A DNA stretch of 64,000 nt from a virus: the IMG/VR virus record IMGVR_UViG_3300027733_000033; one strand, 5' to 3'. Shown here piece after piece: positions 7,480 to 17,013 of this stretch; position 1 is the stretch's first letter; the number at the start of each line of letters is the position of its first letter. The notes below the pieces were generated by a model. It saw only the letters and a list, made by a program, of their open reading frames with translations. It did not search any database and was not told the origin of the DNA. Made by a program: the position numbers and the translations under genes.

Positions 7480-10276
7480 TTTGTGTATCCTGTGTTGTTT
7501 GTTGCGTATTATCTTCAGTAGATTGGTCAGATGTTTGCTGTTCAGCATTAGCCTGCAAAGTTGAATCTTCCTTGTTTTCTTTATCTATCTGTTTAATTTC
7601 TTCTTCAGTTTGATGTAATACGTTTTTGCGTATCCAATCAACAGAGTAATATTTACCTACATATGGGTCAATTAATTGTAGAGTTTGAATTCTTCCTTGA
7701 ATAATCTCATTATCTTTTAATTCAGCATAATGGTTATCTTCCGCGAACTCAAAATACAAAATTCGTTCAAGTTCTTCCCAGTCATCAGAACTGACAATAC
7801 CTTTACCGATCGTTTGGACTCTTAATAAATCAATAAACAGAGCAGTAAATTTATGTCTTAATCGACCAATAAATTTAGCAAACTTAACTTCGTCTCTTGA
7901 TATTTCAGAAGAACGCCCTATATTAAACCCAGATTCTGGAGTTAATCTTGAAGCAGGAACATTCAAAGATTTGTAAAGTTTATTTTGGAAAAACACAACA
8001 TCGTCAATTTGACCTAACGATTGTCCACCTGGAAGGGTAACAATTTCTGTGCCTTTAGAGTTCATCACAAAAATGCCTGAAGATAAAGCAAAATTGTGAT
8101 AATCGTGATGTATATGCTGTTCATCGATAGTTAACGTACCGACATCAATTGTATCCGTTCTAGTTACAACTTTTAATACCTTATGATTATTTAAGGATTT
8201 TGCTTTGTACGAACGGCGTTTTCCAACTTCATCAAAATTTCTAATGACAAAATCTGAAATTGAATCATACCCTTGTTCAAACAATGCTCTACTTAAAGAT
8301 TTTTTGCTTGATAAGTTAGGGTAAATAGAACTGGCAATTTCAACAATTTCTGAGTTTTTTATATTTGGATAATATGATTGTTTGATTGACTCAACCAACA
8401 CATTAAAATCATAACTTTTGCATAAAGAAGAAAATGCTTCGTTACGGTTAGCTAAATTCTTTTTCCATTTTTCATTAAATTCAGTTTCTGATAAAATTTC
8501 TTTATCTATTTTACGTTTTTCAGAAGCAACAGAACCAATCAAAGGCATTTCTTTGGTAAATCCTGGAGACCATTTTTTAAGATATTCTTCTTTTGATAAA
8601 ATAAGTTTATCTGCATTTCTTGATTCAGTTATATGTTCTCTTCCGAGTTTTAAACCTTTCCAAACATTTTCACATTCTGCATTAAACTTAGAAATCTCTT
8701 CTTTGCGAGCTAAACCATTTTCAGTTAAAAAGAAGGCTTTACCTGATTCAGACAGTTTAAGTTTCCATTCATCAACCTTTTCTGTCGTTCTCCAATGAGT
8801 AGAATATCCAGAATGCAATTTAAAATGGTCATCTTTATCCATAATAACCAAATTAGATGGATTATTATTGAATCTGTTAAAATCTATATGGTGGACAACT
8901 TCATTTTTGACTAAATTTCTTTCGGCAAACGAAGATACCATTTTATGAGTAGTAATCCATTTGTTGGATTCATTATCAAAAACATAATTGTAATCTTTAT
9001 TTTCATACAATACACGTTTTTCTACATCACAAGGCATCAATGATATGCCAGCAGATAAATCTTTAGCTTCTACCTTTAAGCCATTTCTTAAGATAAATTT
9101 ATGGTCTGGGGTACACGTTACGATTTGACCGTTGTCTAGATAAACATCAACAATTGTCGCATCATTTCGAGTAACACCTGCCCAAGAAATTAATCCAGGA
9201 ACAACTTTACCGGTAGGTGAAACAGAATAGACCCAGTTTTCTTTTCCTGCATTATGCTCAACTATGAGTTGACCTAATTCTACATCTCTGCCATCTAAAA
9301 GTTTTATTTTAGTCGATAAATCAAAACAGCCGTCTCTCCGTGGCATCCAATAATCTTCAATCATTGAAGGAGATTTGCGATCCTCGCTTATTTCTCCAGT
9401 CGTTGAGTTATAGACAAGTTTATTTCTAAACCTTGCCATAGTATCTTGAACATATTGGTCAGCCTTAATTTTAGGTAAAGAACCAACATCAATATAAAAC
9501 ACACGGCGTTCTGGTGCGCGGGTATAACGGTAGATAATCATTGCGTCTTCAGCCATTTTAAGCTGATTGACCAATTTGACACATTTATGCAGATAACTCT
9601 TAGCCAATCCAGTATTAGAATCAATTAAACCGGAATTAACATAAATTACAGAATCTGTTGAGAGTTTGATACCTTGGTTTGTAGTAGAAGTAAACCCTTT
9701 ATCGTTGTAAAGATAATAAGAATCACCATCAACGTGAACATCATTCCCTGATGCGTCTTTTACCTTTTTAACTTCTTTAATTTTACGAATTTTTCTTGGG
9801 TCGATATACCGGACTTCAACAATCCCATTTTTCAGATTATCTTTATCAAGTACAATATGGAAATACATTCTTCCATCAATGTACCATTGTCTAAAGAAAT
9901 CATACCCTTTTTTATTGAAGTCAAGAATGCTTAATATGCCATTAAATTCATCTCTAATTTTATTTTTAATCCCTTCAGAGTATTTAACCCCGTCCAGATT
10001 AATAGAAACTGGAGATTTAATGCCATCAAACGTAATTGCTTCATTCGTAATATCATCAATAGCAGATGAACAATCAGGATAATCAGCAGCAATTCTATAC
10101 TGTCTGATTAACTGATTTTCGTCTTTAACAACGCCGTCTAAGTCTAAGGCTAGACCATAAGCAGAATAAGCGCTTATGATCGAGCCGTCGTCATTAGATG
10201 GAGGAACAATCGATTCAATTTTTTTCTTAGATTTATCTTCTTTTTTACCGATAGTAAATCCGAATATTCCAGCCAT
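7469..10276 (-). CDS. gp20: Portal vertex protein containing an intein
   Basis: FRQWYIDGR, YIDPRKIRK, IYR..RAPERRVFYIDVG.LP, EDYW.PRR, LPGGQ.LG, ISRDEVKF. Confidence 0.97.
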   Translation of the reverse strand: MAGIFGFTIGKKEDKSKKKIESIVPPSNDDGSIISAYSAYGLALDLDGVVKDENQLIRQYRIAADYPDCSSAIDDITNEAITFDGIKSPVSINLDGVKYSEGIKNKIRDEFNGILSILDFNKKGYDFFRQWYIDGRMYFHIVLDKDNLKNGIVEVRYIDPRKIRKIKEVKKVKDASGNDVHVDGDSYYLYNDKGFTSTTNQGIKLSTDSVIYVNSGLIDSNTGLAKSYLHKCVKLVNQLKMAEDAMIIYRYTRAPERRVFYIDVGSLPKIKADQYVQDTMARFRNKLVYNSTTGEISEDRKSPSMIEDYWMPRRDGCFDLSTKIKLLDGRDVELGQLIVEHNAGKENWVYSVSPTGKVVPGLISWAGVTRNDATIVDVYLDNGQIVTCTPDHKFILRNGLKVEAKDLSAGISLMPCDVEKRVLYENKDYNYVFDNESNKWITTHKMVSSFAERNLVKNEVVHHIDFNRFNNNPSNLVIMDKDDHFKLHSGYSTHWRTTEKVDEWKLKLSESGKAFFLTENGLARKEEISKFNAECENVWKGLKLGREHITESRNADKLILSKEEYLKKWSPGFTKEMPLIGSVASEKRKIDKEILSETEFNEKWKKNLANRNEAFSSLCKSYDFNVLVESIKQSYYPNIKNSEIVEIASSIYPNLSSKKSLSRALFEQGYDSISDFVIRNFDEVGKRRSYKAKSLNNHKVLKVVTRTDTIDVGTLTIDEQHIHHDYHNFALSSGIFVMNSKGTEIVTLPGGQSLGQIDDVVFFQNKLYKSLNVPASRLTPESGFNIGRSSEISRDEVKFAKFIGRLRHKFTALFIDLLRVQTIGKGIVSSDDWEELERILYFEFAEDNHYAELKDNEIIQGRIQTLQLIDPYVGKYYSVDWIRKNVLHQTEEEIKQIDKENKEDSTLQANAEQQTSDQSTEDNTQQTTQDTQNEQ
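8060..9328 (-). mobile_element. Intein (423 aa) with HNH endonuclease in gp20
   Basis: Starts CFDLSTKIKLLDG, block B TCTPDHKF, VVHHIDFNRFNNNPSNL HNH motif, ends HNFALSSGIFVMN followed by Ser. Confidence 0.93.
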
Positions 10277-10303
10277 AATTTATATTATTCCAAAAATAAA
10301 GTT

Positions 10304-10849
10304 TTAATTAGTTGGTCCTGTAGATAATACTTCAGGTTTGTCACCATCTGCAAAGGTAAAGTAATCATATGTAAATGTTACTGTAAATTCTTCGATAGCA
10401 TCACCCTGACCGTAATCTAACTGAATATCGCTAACACTGCTAGGGTATGCATTATGTAGCACGTATTGACGTAGAATGGTATCAGCATTTCTGTCTAATT
10501 GGTTAACTATAATGTTTCCCCAATAGCCACGTAAATCACCGCCGATAGAATCATTGTTAGAAATAGCATAGTGCCATTCTTCAAACACTCTACGGTTACT
10601 GAATTCATTATCGTTAATAAAGGTAGCAGTCCATTGCGCAAAAGTTTTTTCACCGGCAAAATGGATAGTTTTACCACGAAATGGTACGGCTACGTCACCA
10701 ACATCAAATGCTGGTAAAGCAGCTGCTTTCAATAAAACTGCTTTAGTGGTATCAAATCCACGGTCACCTGGAAGGATAACACTGAATTGATTTGCTCTCG
10801 CGCCGCCTGTTGAAAGAGCAGCTTTAAATCTGTCGATAGTTGTAGACAT
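10304..10849 (-). CDS. gp19: Tail tube protein
   Basis: GGARANQF, VPFRG...AGEKTF..WT.T..ND, IEEFTVTF.YDY. Confidence 0.95.
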   Translation of the reverse strand: MSTTIDRFKAALSTGGARANQFSVILPGDRGFDTTKAVLLKAAALPAFDVGDVAVPFRGKTIHFAGEKTFAQWTATFINDNEFSNRRVFEEWHYAISNNDSIGGDLRGYWGNIIVNQLDRNADTILRQYVLHNAYPSSVSDIQLDYGQGDAIEEFTVTFTYDYFTFADGDKPEVLSTGPTN

Positions 10850-10852
10850 TTA

Positions 10853-13432
10853 TTATGCTCCTGCTGTAGTAAACGCAACTGATTGACGAGTTGCAACGAA
10901 GTTAAGAGTGATATAGTTGATGCTATAATTAGGTTTGACGAAAATGTCGGCAACGAAATTATTTGTTTCAACAACATTAGCGGTGTTGTTAGTTGCATCA
11001 CAAACAACTTTAAAGTCGTTAATGCCGCGTCTACCTTTAATATCTCTTAAGAAAGGTTCGATCAAGTTTTTAAACTGTGCTCTTGTTGTGTCATCATTAA
11101 TAGCGAACAATTGATATTGAGCAGATTTTTCGATAGATTTTTCTAACAAAATAAACAATCTACGAACACCGATACGGTCAAACGCGCTTGGGCGGTCTAA
11201 CAAAGTTTTATCGCCGAACAATACAGTTCCTTGACCTTTAAAGGTAACAACTGGGTTAACATTTTGAGGATACAAATTATCGCGATCAGCTTTTGTAGGA
11301 TTAACTGCTAATTTGATAACGTTTTTAATTTGACCGTTGTTAAAGCCGCCATTTGAAACCCATGGTTCAGATGTAATAGCAGCAAGACCAGCAATGTCAC
11401 CGTTTAAAGCAATCCAACGACGTTTATCATTATAAGCGTCATATTGATATTTAGCGCCTGTATCTAAGAAGCCATATGAAGACGATGGTAATTCTGAACG
11501 ATACTCAAGCAATTTATCAATAGCATCAGAACCAGTACCTTTGATGAATTCACCGGTAATAGTATCTTCTGGAGAAATAAATACGATAACGTCTTTTCTT
11601 GTTTCAGCTAAAGCAACAGCATGACTAGCAACAGTTGAAGAAGCTTTTCCTAAAGCGATAAAGGCAAAATTATATAAGTCTTTATTTGCAAGCAAATCTA
11701 AAGCAAGAATTTTTTCACCATCTGTAATCGATGCAGCATCAGTACCGCCGCTTAATTCAACATATAATGGATATGTTAAAGATTTGAATGATTGAGTTTT
11801 AACAATCACATCAGCTAATTCTGTGTTCCATGCGATACCTGTACCAGAAACGGCACTTGGAATATCCAACCAGTAAACATAAGCAGACGCGCTGTTGATA
11901 ACAGTTTTATAGTAGCTTGAAGAACCATCATCATATTTAGCATCAGATGCTTTAGATAAGAATGAATACTTTTCAAGGGTAGCACCTTTCACACCAGTAA
12001 ACGCACCATCTTTGTCGATAACTAAGATATGGATTTCGTCTTTAGCATTTAATACGCCTTTGCTTTTCGCATAAGAAGAAGTAGCAGGAGCTGAAGTAAA
12101 TTGACCAGTATAAGAACTTGCAATTGAAACTTCAAAGGCAACACCTGAAACAGCAACTTTGCCGAAATTAACTAAAGTCAAAGATGTATTAGTTTCAATA
12201 GAAGCAACTGTGCCAATAACTGTATGGGTTGAATCAGCTTTATGGATAACTTCACCAACTTTTAAAGTTGATAAGAAAGAAGTACCAACACCGGTAAGCG
12301 TTTTAGAAGATGTTGTAGAAGTAACAGTTCCAACACGAGATTGATATTGGAAAGTGTTAGAGTCAACAACAACGACTTGAATAGAGTTACCTAATTTGCC
12401 TGGATAACGAGCAGCAAATTCACCGATATTCAAACCGCCGTTAATATAGTTTGATTCATAATCGTCATAGTTATTGATTTTGATACGATTATCTTTAAAG
12501 GTTTTTATTTGTATATTATATGAAACACCAGAAACACCAACTACACCGTTAGCAGTTAAACTTAACTGTGTGTTATTTGTGATAGAAGCAATCGTACCGA
12601 TAACGATACCAGCAACAGTTGTTAAAACATCACCGATAGCTAAAATTTCAGAGAAATTAGTACCAACACCAACAACAGTTGTTGAATTTGTTAAGCTTGT
12701 AATTGTTCCTACTAATTTTGGAGCTGTGCCAAATGAAACACCTGAAGCAACAACAGCTGAATTAGCCGCTAACGTGATATGTGTATCGTCTGCGATAGAA
12801 AGAACTGTGCCTAAAATATCAAAACCAGCAGAGCTTGCTGTTAATTTAGTAACAAAACCGCCAACAGCAAGCTCTGTTGTAAATAACGTACCAACACCAA
12901 CAACAGAACTAGAACCAGTTGAAGCTGTAATTGTACCTGTTAATGAATCGATAGAAGATGTAGTTGAAGCAGTGCTTAAAGTTAACTGTGTATTATTTGT
13001 AATAGAAGCAACTGAACCAATAACATTATAGTCAGCATCAATTAAGTTTTGACCAATTGTTAATGTAGAAAACTGTGTTCCATTAAAACCAAAAACAGCA
13101 GTAGAACCAGCAACAAAATGCGCAGTACCGGTTAAAAGTACAGAAGGAGTTTTAACAGAGGTGTATTGAGCATCAGCATCAGCACGAATGTTAATTAAGT
13201 TATTAGAGTAAGCTAAAAAATTAGCAGCTGTAAACCAACTTTGAGCATTTGAATCTGTAGGTTTCCAGAATAATTCTTTCAAATTGAGTTCTGAAGTAAC
13301 TGTAGTCGGTTGAAGAACTGGTCCCCAGTTAAACAACCCTACATGCGCAGCGGCTGTTGAATTAAGACCAGAAACTGTTGAAGTGTTGTCAATTTCATTG
13401 ACTTCAATTCCTGGCGAGACTTGGTATGACAT
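10853..13432 (-). CDS. gp18: Tail sheath protein with four inserted ~60 aa modules
   Basis: SPGIEVNEID, F.WGP, FTAANFLAY, LFGDKT..PSAFDRIGVRRLF, FKVVCDATNNT. Confidence 0.97.
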   Translation of the reverse strand: MSYQVSPGIEVNEIDNTSTVSGLNSTAAAHVGLFNWGPVLQPTTVTSELNLKELFWKPTDSNAQSWFTAANFLAYSNNLINIRADADAQYTSVKTPSVLLTGTAHFVAGSTAVFGFNGTQFSTLTIGQNLIDADYNVIGSVASITNNTQLTLSTASTTSSIDSLTGTITASTGSSSVVGVGTLFTTELAVGGFVTKLTASSAGFDILGTVLSIADDTHITLAANSAVVASGVSFGTAPKLVGTITSLTNSTTVVGVGTNFSEILAIGDVLTTVAGIVIGTIASITNNTQLSLTANGVVGVSGVSYNIQIKTFKDNRIKINNYDDYESNYINGGLNIGEFAARYPGKLGNSIQVVVVDSNTFQYQSRVGTVTSTTSSKTLTGVGTSFLSTLKVGEVIHKADSTHTVIGTVASIETNTSLTLVNFGKVAVSGVAFEVSIASSYTGQFTSAPATSSYAKSKGVLNAKDEIHILVIDKDGAFTGVKGATLEKYSFLSKASDAKYDDGSSSYYKTVINSASAYVYWLDIPSAVSGTGIAWNTELADVIVKTQSFKSLTYPLYVELSGGTDAASITDGEKILALDLLANKDLYNFAFIALGKASSTVASHAVALAETRKDVIVFISPEDTITGEFIKGTGSDAIDKLLEYRSELPSSSYGFLDTGAKYQYDAYNDKRRWIALNGDIAGLAAITSEPWVSNGGFNNGQIKNVIKLAVNPTKADRDNLYPQNVNPVVTFKGQGTVLFGDKTLLDRPSAFDRIGVRRLFILLEKSIEKSAQYQLFAINDDTTRAQFKNLIEPFLRDIKGRRGINDFKVVCDATNNTANVVETNNFVADIFVKPNYSINYITLNFVATRQSVAFTTAGA

Positions 13433-13477
13433 ATGTACTCCTAAGAGAATTGGTTGTTAAATTATAGTTATAAAAAT

Positions 13478-13484
13478 ATTTAGT
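13478..13484 (-). promoter_or_regulatory. Putative T4-type late promoter (CTAAATA) for gp18
   Basis: The same heptamer lies shortly upstream of gp22, gp13, the 32239 fibre gene, the VrlC-like gene, gp25 and gp4. Confidence 0.7.
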
Positions 13485-13510
13485 GAAAAATGATTTTTAA
13501 TTTATGTTCA

Positions 13511-13587
13511 AAAATAAAACTTTACTTTTTAGACCAATGAGACTATAATAGCCTAGTCGGGCGTGAATTGAGGTTAAGCGGCTAAAA
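13511..13587 (+). repeat. Promoter-leader cassette (family A) copy 2
   Basis: AAAATAAAAC-TTTACT-N17-TATAATAGCCTAGTCGGGCGTGAATTGAGGTTAAGCG-GCTAAAA; abuts the gp15 stop, antisense. Confidence 0.9.
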
Positions 13588-13589
13588 TA

Positions 13590-14303
13590 TTATACCCCAA
13601 AGTTAAATGTCCATTGGTCTTGAGTTAATGTTCCTGGAACTGTAGCCGCCGTTTGATAGTTTCCATTTACATCAGGTAGATTAGCCGTTACATGTCTAAT
13701 CAATTTAGATCTTGTTATTTCACCAAATAAATTAACTTTAAGCGTAAAAGAAAATGTGTGAATTATAGATCGTCTTGTTCTAAAATCTGATTCATAATCA
13801 TCTTCTACTGACACCCCGTTTAAAACTAAAGGCACATCATTGATGATATTCATATCTGGAACAGCATCAATCGTAATTGTATAATGCGGAGTAAACATTG
13901 GCAGTATTTGTTCCATCACCATCAACCCGTCTTCAACATTTTTAGTTTGTAGATAAAGGTTAATATCAATATTATATGGAACAGGTGAAAACTGTGTATT
14001 CGCTTCAGTAGGCGTAGCGCTAGATGCTATCTTTTGCATCGAATTAACCTTTCTACTTGAATCGTACGAATAATTAGTTATTTCAAACCCAAATCTAGGC
14101 ATCGTAGTTAACGTATGATTGGTCAAATTTGGGTCTTGTTCAATTCTAGTAAGCCATTTCTGTTTGCTAGAATATGCTATAGGTATGTTAATAGTTTGTC
14201 CGACTGTACCATCAGTATTTAGCCTTTCAATTTGAAATTGAGAAAACAAGCTACCGAAAACTGTAATAGTCTTTTTGATTATACCGGCGTAATGTGGTGT
14301 CAT
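13590..14303 (-). CDS. gp15: Tail sheath stabiliser / terminator
   Basis: FGSLFS, IPIAY..KQKWL.R, PR.GFEI...YDS.RK, PVPYNI, EQILP.F.P, DDYE.DF..RR. Confidence 0.93.
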   Translation of the reverse strand: MTPHYAGIIKKTITVFGSLFSQFQIERLNTDGTVGQTINIPIAYSSKQKWLTRIEQDPNLTNHTLTTMPRFGFEITNYSYDSSRKVNSMQKIASSATPTEANTQFSPVPYNIDINLYLQTKNVEDGLMVMEQILPMFTPHYTITIDAVPDMNIINDVPLVLNGVSVEDDYESDFRTRRSIIHTFSFTLKVNLFGEITRSKLIRHVTANLPDVNGNYQTAATVPGTLTQDQWTFNFGV

Positions 14304-14959
14304 TAAAATTCCCCAAAAATATTAGTTTCGTCGAATTTAATTGTAGAAGCCTTAGTTTGGAATTTGCTATTATCACCAAATGAATCCTGATCGTCAGTAT
14401 CTGTATTGATATCAATATCAAATGATTTTAAGGTTTCAAACACATCAATATCAACTTCACCTGTATTAATTTTTTCTGAAGAATACTGGAATAATTCAAC
14501 GGTAAGCTTATACACATAAAGTCTGCCAATTTGATAAAATGGATCTTGATGTGCAACAAATTTAATTTCAAACAAACCGCCCGTTAAAGGAAAATACAGC
14601 AAATCTCCTTCAGCTGGTCTTTCAGGTAGGATAGTTGTCCCGTATGCCCCAACTAAATCTAACCATTCTTTTCTTGCTACGGTAAGCGTAGCAGACTGAT
14701 CCATAGTTAAACCAAATTTAGACATAAACGCGCCCTGTCCTTCGAACGAGTCTATGTTCTCAAAATAAGTCACTATAGGGTATGAATTGTTAAATTGAGA
14801 TAGGGTATCTTCCCCTAAAATATCATCAACACCAACCAATGTTCTAGGAATATAAAACATTTCCTGTCCATAAATATTGATTGTTTCTATGATTATACTT
14901 TCATAAAGGTTTTGTTCTGATGTAGATTTACCAAAATTAAAATATTGGTTGCGTGGCAT
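14303..14959 (-). CDS. gp14: Neck protein
   Basis: EQNLYE.IIIE.I..YG..M.YIPR, RPAEGDLLYFP, FEIKFV, PFYQIG, ELFQYS.E. Confidence 0.93.
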   Translation of the reverse strand: MPRNQYFNFGKSTSEQNLYESIIIETINIYGQEMFYIPRTLVGVDDILGEDTLSQFNNSYPIVTYFENIDSFEGQGAFMSKFGLTMDQSATLTVARKEWLDLVGAYGTTILPERPAEGDLLYFPLTGGLFEIKFVAHQDPFYQIGRLYVYKLTVELFQYSSEKINTGEVDIDVFETLKSFDIDINTDTDDQDSFGDNSKFQTKASTIKFDETNIFGEF

Positions 14960-14969
14960 AATTTAATCC

Positions 14970-15698
14970 TTAACCAATAAACATATCTAATAAGCCAGAT
15001 TCATTAGCCGCTTGTTGTTCTAATGCGGAAATCTCAGAAACGGCTGTATCATACATTGATTGTCCGTCAATAGTAACCCCACCTGGAAGAGAAACGCCGT
15101 TGTATTTGCTTAGGTTTTGACCCCATTGCATTTTGAATTTGGCAACCACATAAGCCTTTAACCAAACGTCATCATACATTTTAGTTTCTAATTCAGGATC
15201 TATAGCCTGATAACAATCAACAATAATGTAATGAAATGGTGATAATTTATCCCAATTCATATCGATGTACAGTTTACCGTTATTTTTATTGAATCTCAAC
15301 TGATTTTGTCCAGATAACAATGTGTCTAACATCTGAAGATGATTCATTGTCATTTGGTAATCTGTAATATTTGAATTGTGTAAATTCGCAATCATATCCA
15401 TACGGAACTGCGTTTCATAATTCAAAATTGAGTTAGACGAATTTGCGTTTAAAGAAAAAACTCGAGTTATACCGCGTATGTCGTCAGGCAACTGAATATA
15501 TTTGTTTGTCATATTAGTGCTAGTGATAAGATGCTTAAGATACATCTTTTCCACACCATCATAATGATACATGTTATAATATGCTATGGCGTCATCAAGT
15601 CTATCTTCTAATTGCTCATCTGCCACATTGACTTCAATAACAGGAGCGCCTAACGCTCTTAATGCGTACTGTTTTAATTGTTCTCTTGAACGAATCAT
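14970..15698 (-). CDS. gp13: Neck protein
   Basis: Y.LR.LGAPVIEVNV..EQ, WLKAY..A..K.QWGQNLSKY..V.LPGGVT. Confidence 0.95.
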   Translation of the reverse strand: MIRSREQLKQYALRALGAPVIEVNVADEQLEDRLDDAIAYYNMYHYDGVEKMYLKHLITSTNMTNKYIQLPDDIRGITRVFSLNANSSNSILNYETQFRMDMIANLHNSNITDYQMTMNHLQMLDTLLSGQNQLRFNKNNGKLYIDMNWDKLSPFHYIIVDCYQAIDPELETKMYDDVWLKAYVVAKFKMQWGQNLSKYNGVSLPGGVTIDGQSMYDTAVSEISALEQQAANESGLLDMFIG

Positions 15699-15745
15699 AT
15701 TTTACCTATTTGAAGTTGGCTTTGGTATATTATATTTAGTGAAAT

Positions 15746-15782
15746 AAAAAACCCTGTCAACCAGTTAAGATTGACAGGGTTA
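15746..15782 (-). terminator. Intrinsic terminator
   Basis: AAAAAACCCTGTCAA-loop-TTGACAGGGTT; U-run on minus strand. Confidence 0.8.
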
Positions 15783-15802
15783 GCACAACAATTCAATATG
15801 AT

Positions 15803-15994
15803 TTATTTGTTACAGTGAATTTCTATTGAGTTTGGTTCTAATGTTTTTGCTACTTTTTCACGCAAAGTAATTCTAGCAAACTCTGGTGCTTTACAGTAAT
15901 CCGTTACCGCCGCGCTGATTAAAGTTTCCGTTTCAACCAAAGCCGCACATCCTGTTAACATAAGGGTAAGCGCCGCCAATAATACTAATTTCAT
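15803..15994 (-). CDS. Small lipoprotein
   Basis: MKLVLLAALTLMLTG-C lipobox; two further Cys. Confidence 0.8.
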   Translation of the reverse strand: MKLVLLAALTLMLTGCAALVETETLISAAVTDYCKAPEFARITLREKVAKTLEPNSIEIHCNK

Positions 15995-16704
15995 AATTTC
16001 TCCAAGTTTTTAATGTAGTTTTTCATTTCATGATTAACGAAAAAATTGACCTTTCCTTTCTTTAATCCCAAAATAGTTCCTTTGATTTTGTCTTTAACCA
16101 TTTGAAAGACAGTCATATCAGTTAAGTCACCGTTATGATCAAAATAATTTAATTCACCATGATGATAGTATGGGAATATTGGATTTCTAGGTACAATATC
16201 AGCATTATTAACCCAACGATGATGCTCAATATTTAATGTGTTTAAGAAATTGATATAGGTATAATTCCCAACTCTTGGTGAACCAAAGGTATATAGGACT
16301 GGATTTGGCATATCAGGAAATCTGTGGCAACGACCAGCAATAAGAGTAGCCATAGCCGCGCCTAACGAATGTCCTGTAAGATACACTTTTCTGTTAGGGT
16401 ATTTGAGGAATAATTTAGATAAGTCATCCCAAATATTATCTACAGATGCTTTAAAGCCGTGATGGACTTTACCTATACCGGAACTGCTAGGAACTAATCT
16501 GAATCTAATATCCGCGATAATATCTTCAAGTTTAGTAGGTTGAGTTCCTCTACAAACAACAATAATTGTATCAATGTTAAAAAGAAAATAAGCCTGCGAG
16601 CCGTTTTTATCCAAAAATATGGTATTCCAATCTTGGAATTTGTAATCATCAGTGTAAGCTAATTCACTGAATTTTGCCATCATTAACGGCGTAATCATTT
16701 TCAC
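15991..16704 (-). CDS. Class 3 lipase (alpha/beta hydrolase)
   Basis: VCRGT, VHHGF, TGHSLGAAMA nucleophile elbow, YTFGSPRVG, DIVP, C-terminal H.M..Y. Confidence 0.93.
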   Translation of the reverse strand: MKMITPLMMAKFSELAYTDDYKFQDWNTIFLDKNGSQAYFLFNIDTIIVVCRGTQPTKLEDIIADIRFRLVPSSSGIGKVHHGFKASVDNIWDDLSKLFLKYPNRKVYLTGHSLGAAMATLIAGRCHRFPDMPNPVLYTFGSPRVGNYTYINFLNTLNIEHHRWVNNADIVPRNPIFPYYHHGELNYFDHNGDLTDMTVFQMVKDKIKGTILGLKKGKVNFFVNHEMKNYIKNLEKL

Positions 16705-16707
16705 CTC

Positions 16708-17013
16708 CTATAAGCGTTTTCTTACAGTCACCTGTATAACATCTTTACATGTAACAATTTTTGTATTAGCATCTGTTATGACAACATCAAACGACATTGA
16801 TGGAGGTTCCAACTCACCGACATCAAAATTATATTGGACGATACCAGCAGGTGCATCTAAAATAATCATATTTTTTAATTTTGTGACTTTAGCCTTAGTC
16901 ACCCATCTAATTTTTACCGTTGAGCCGGTTAAGTCTATTGGTGCAGAAGAAACAGTATCAATACATTTTACTTGAATCGCAGACCCTGTATCTCCTTCGA
17001 CGAAATTATACAT
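16708..17013 (-). CDS. BppU-N-like adaptor domain protein
   Basis: GDT, PIDLTGSTV, GIVQY motif pattern, 101 aa. Confidence 0.65.
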   Translation of the reverse strand: MYNFVEGDTGSAIQVKCIDTVSSAPIDLTGSTVKIRWVTKAKVTKLKNMIILDAPAGIVQYNFDVGELEPPSMSFDVVITDANTKIVTCKDVIQVTVRKRL

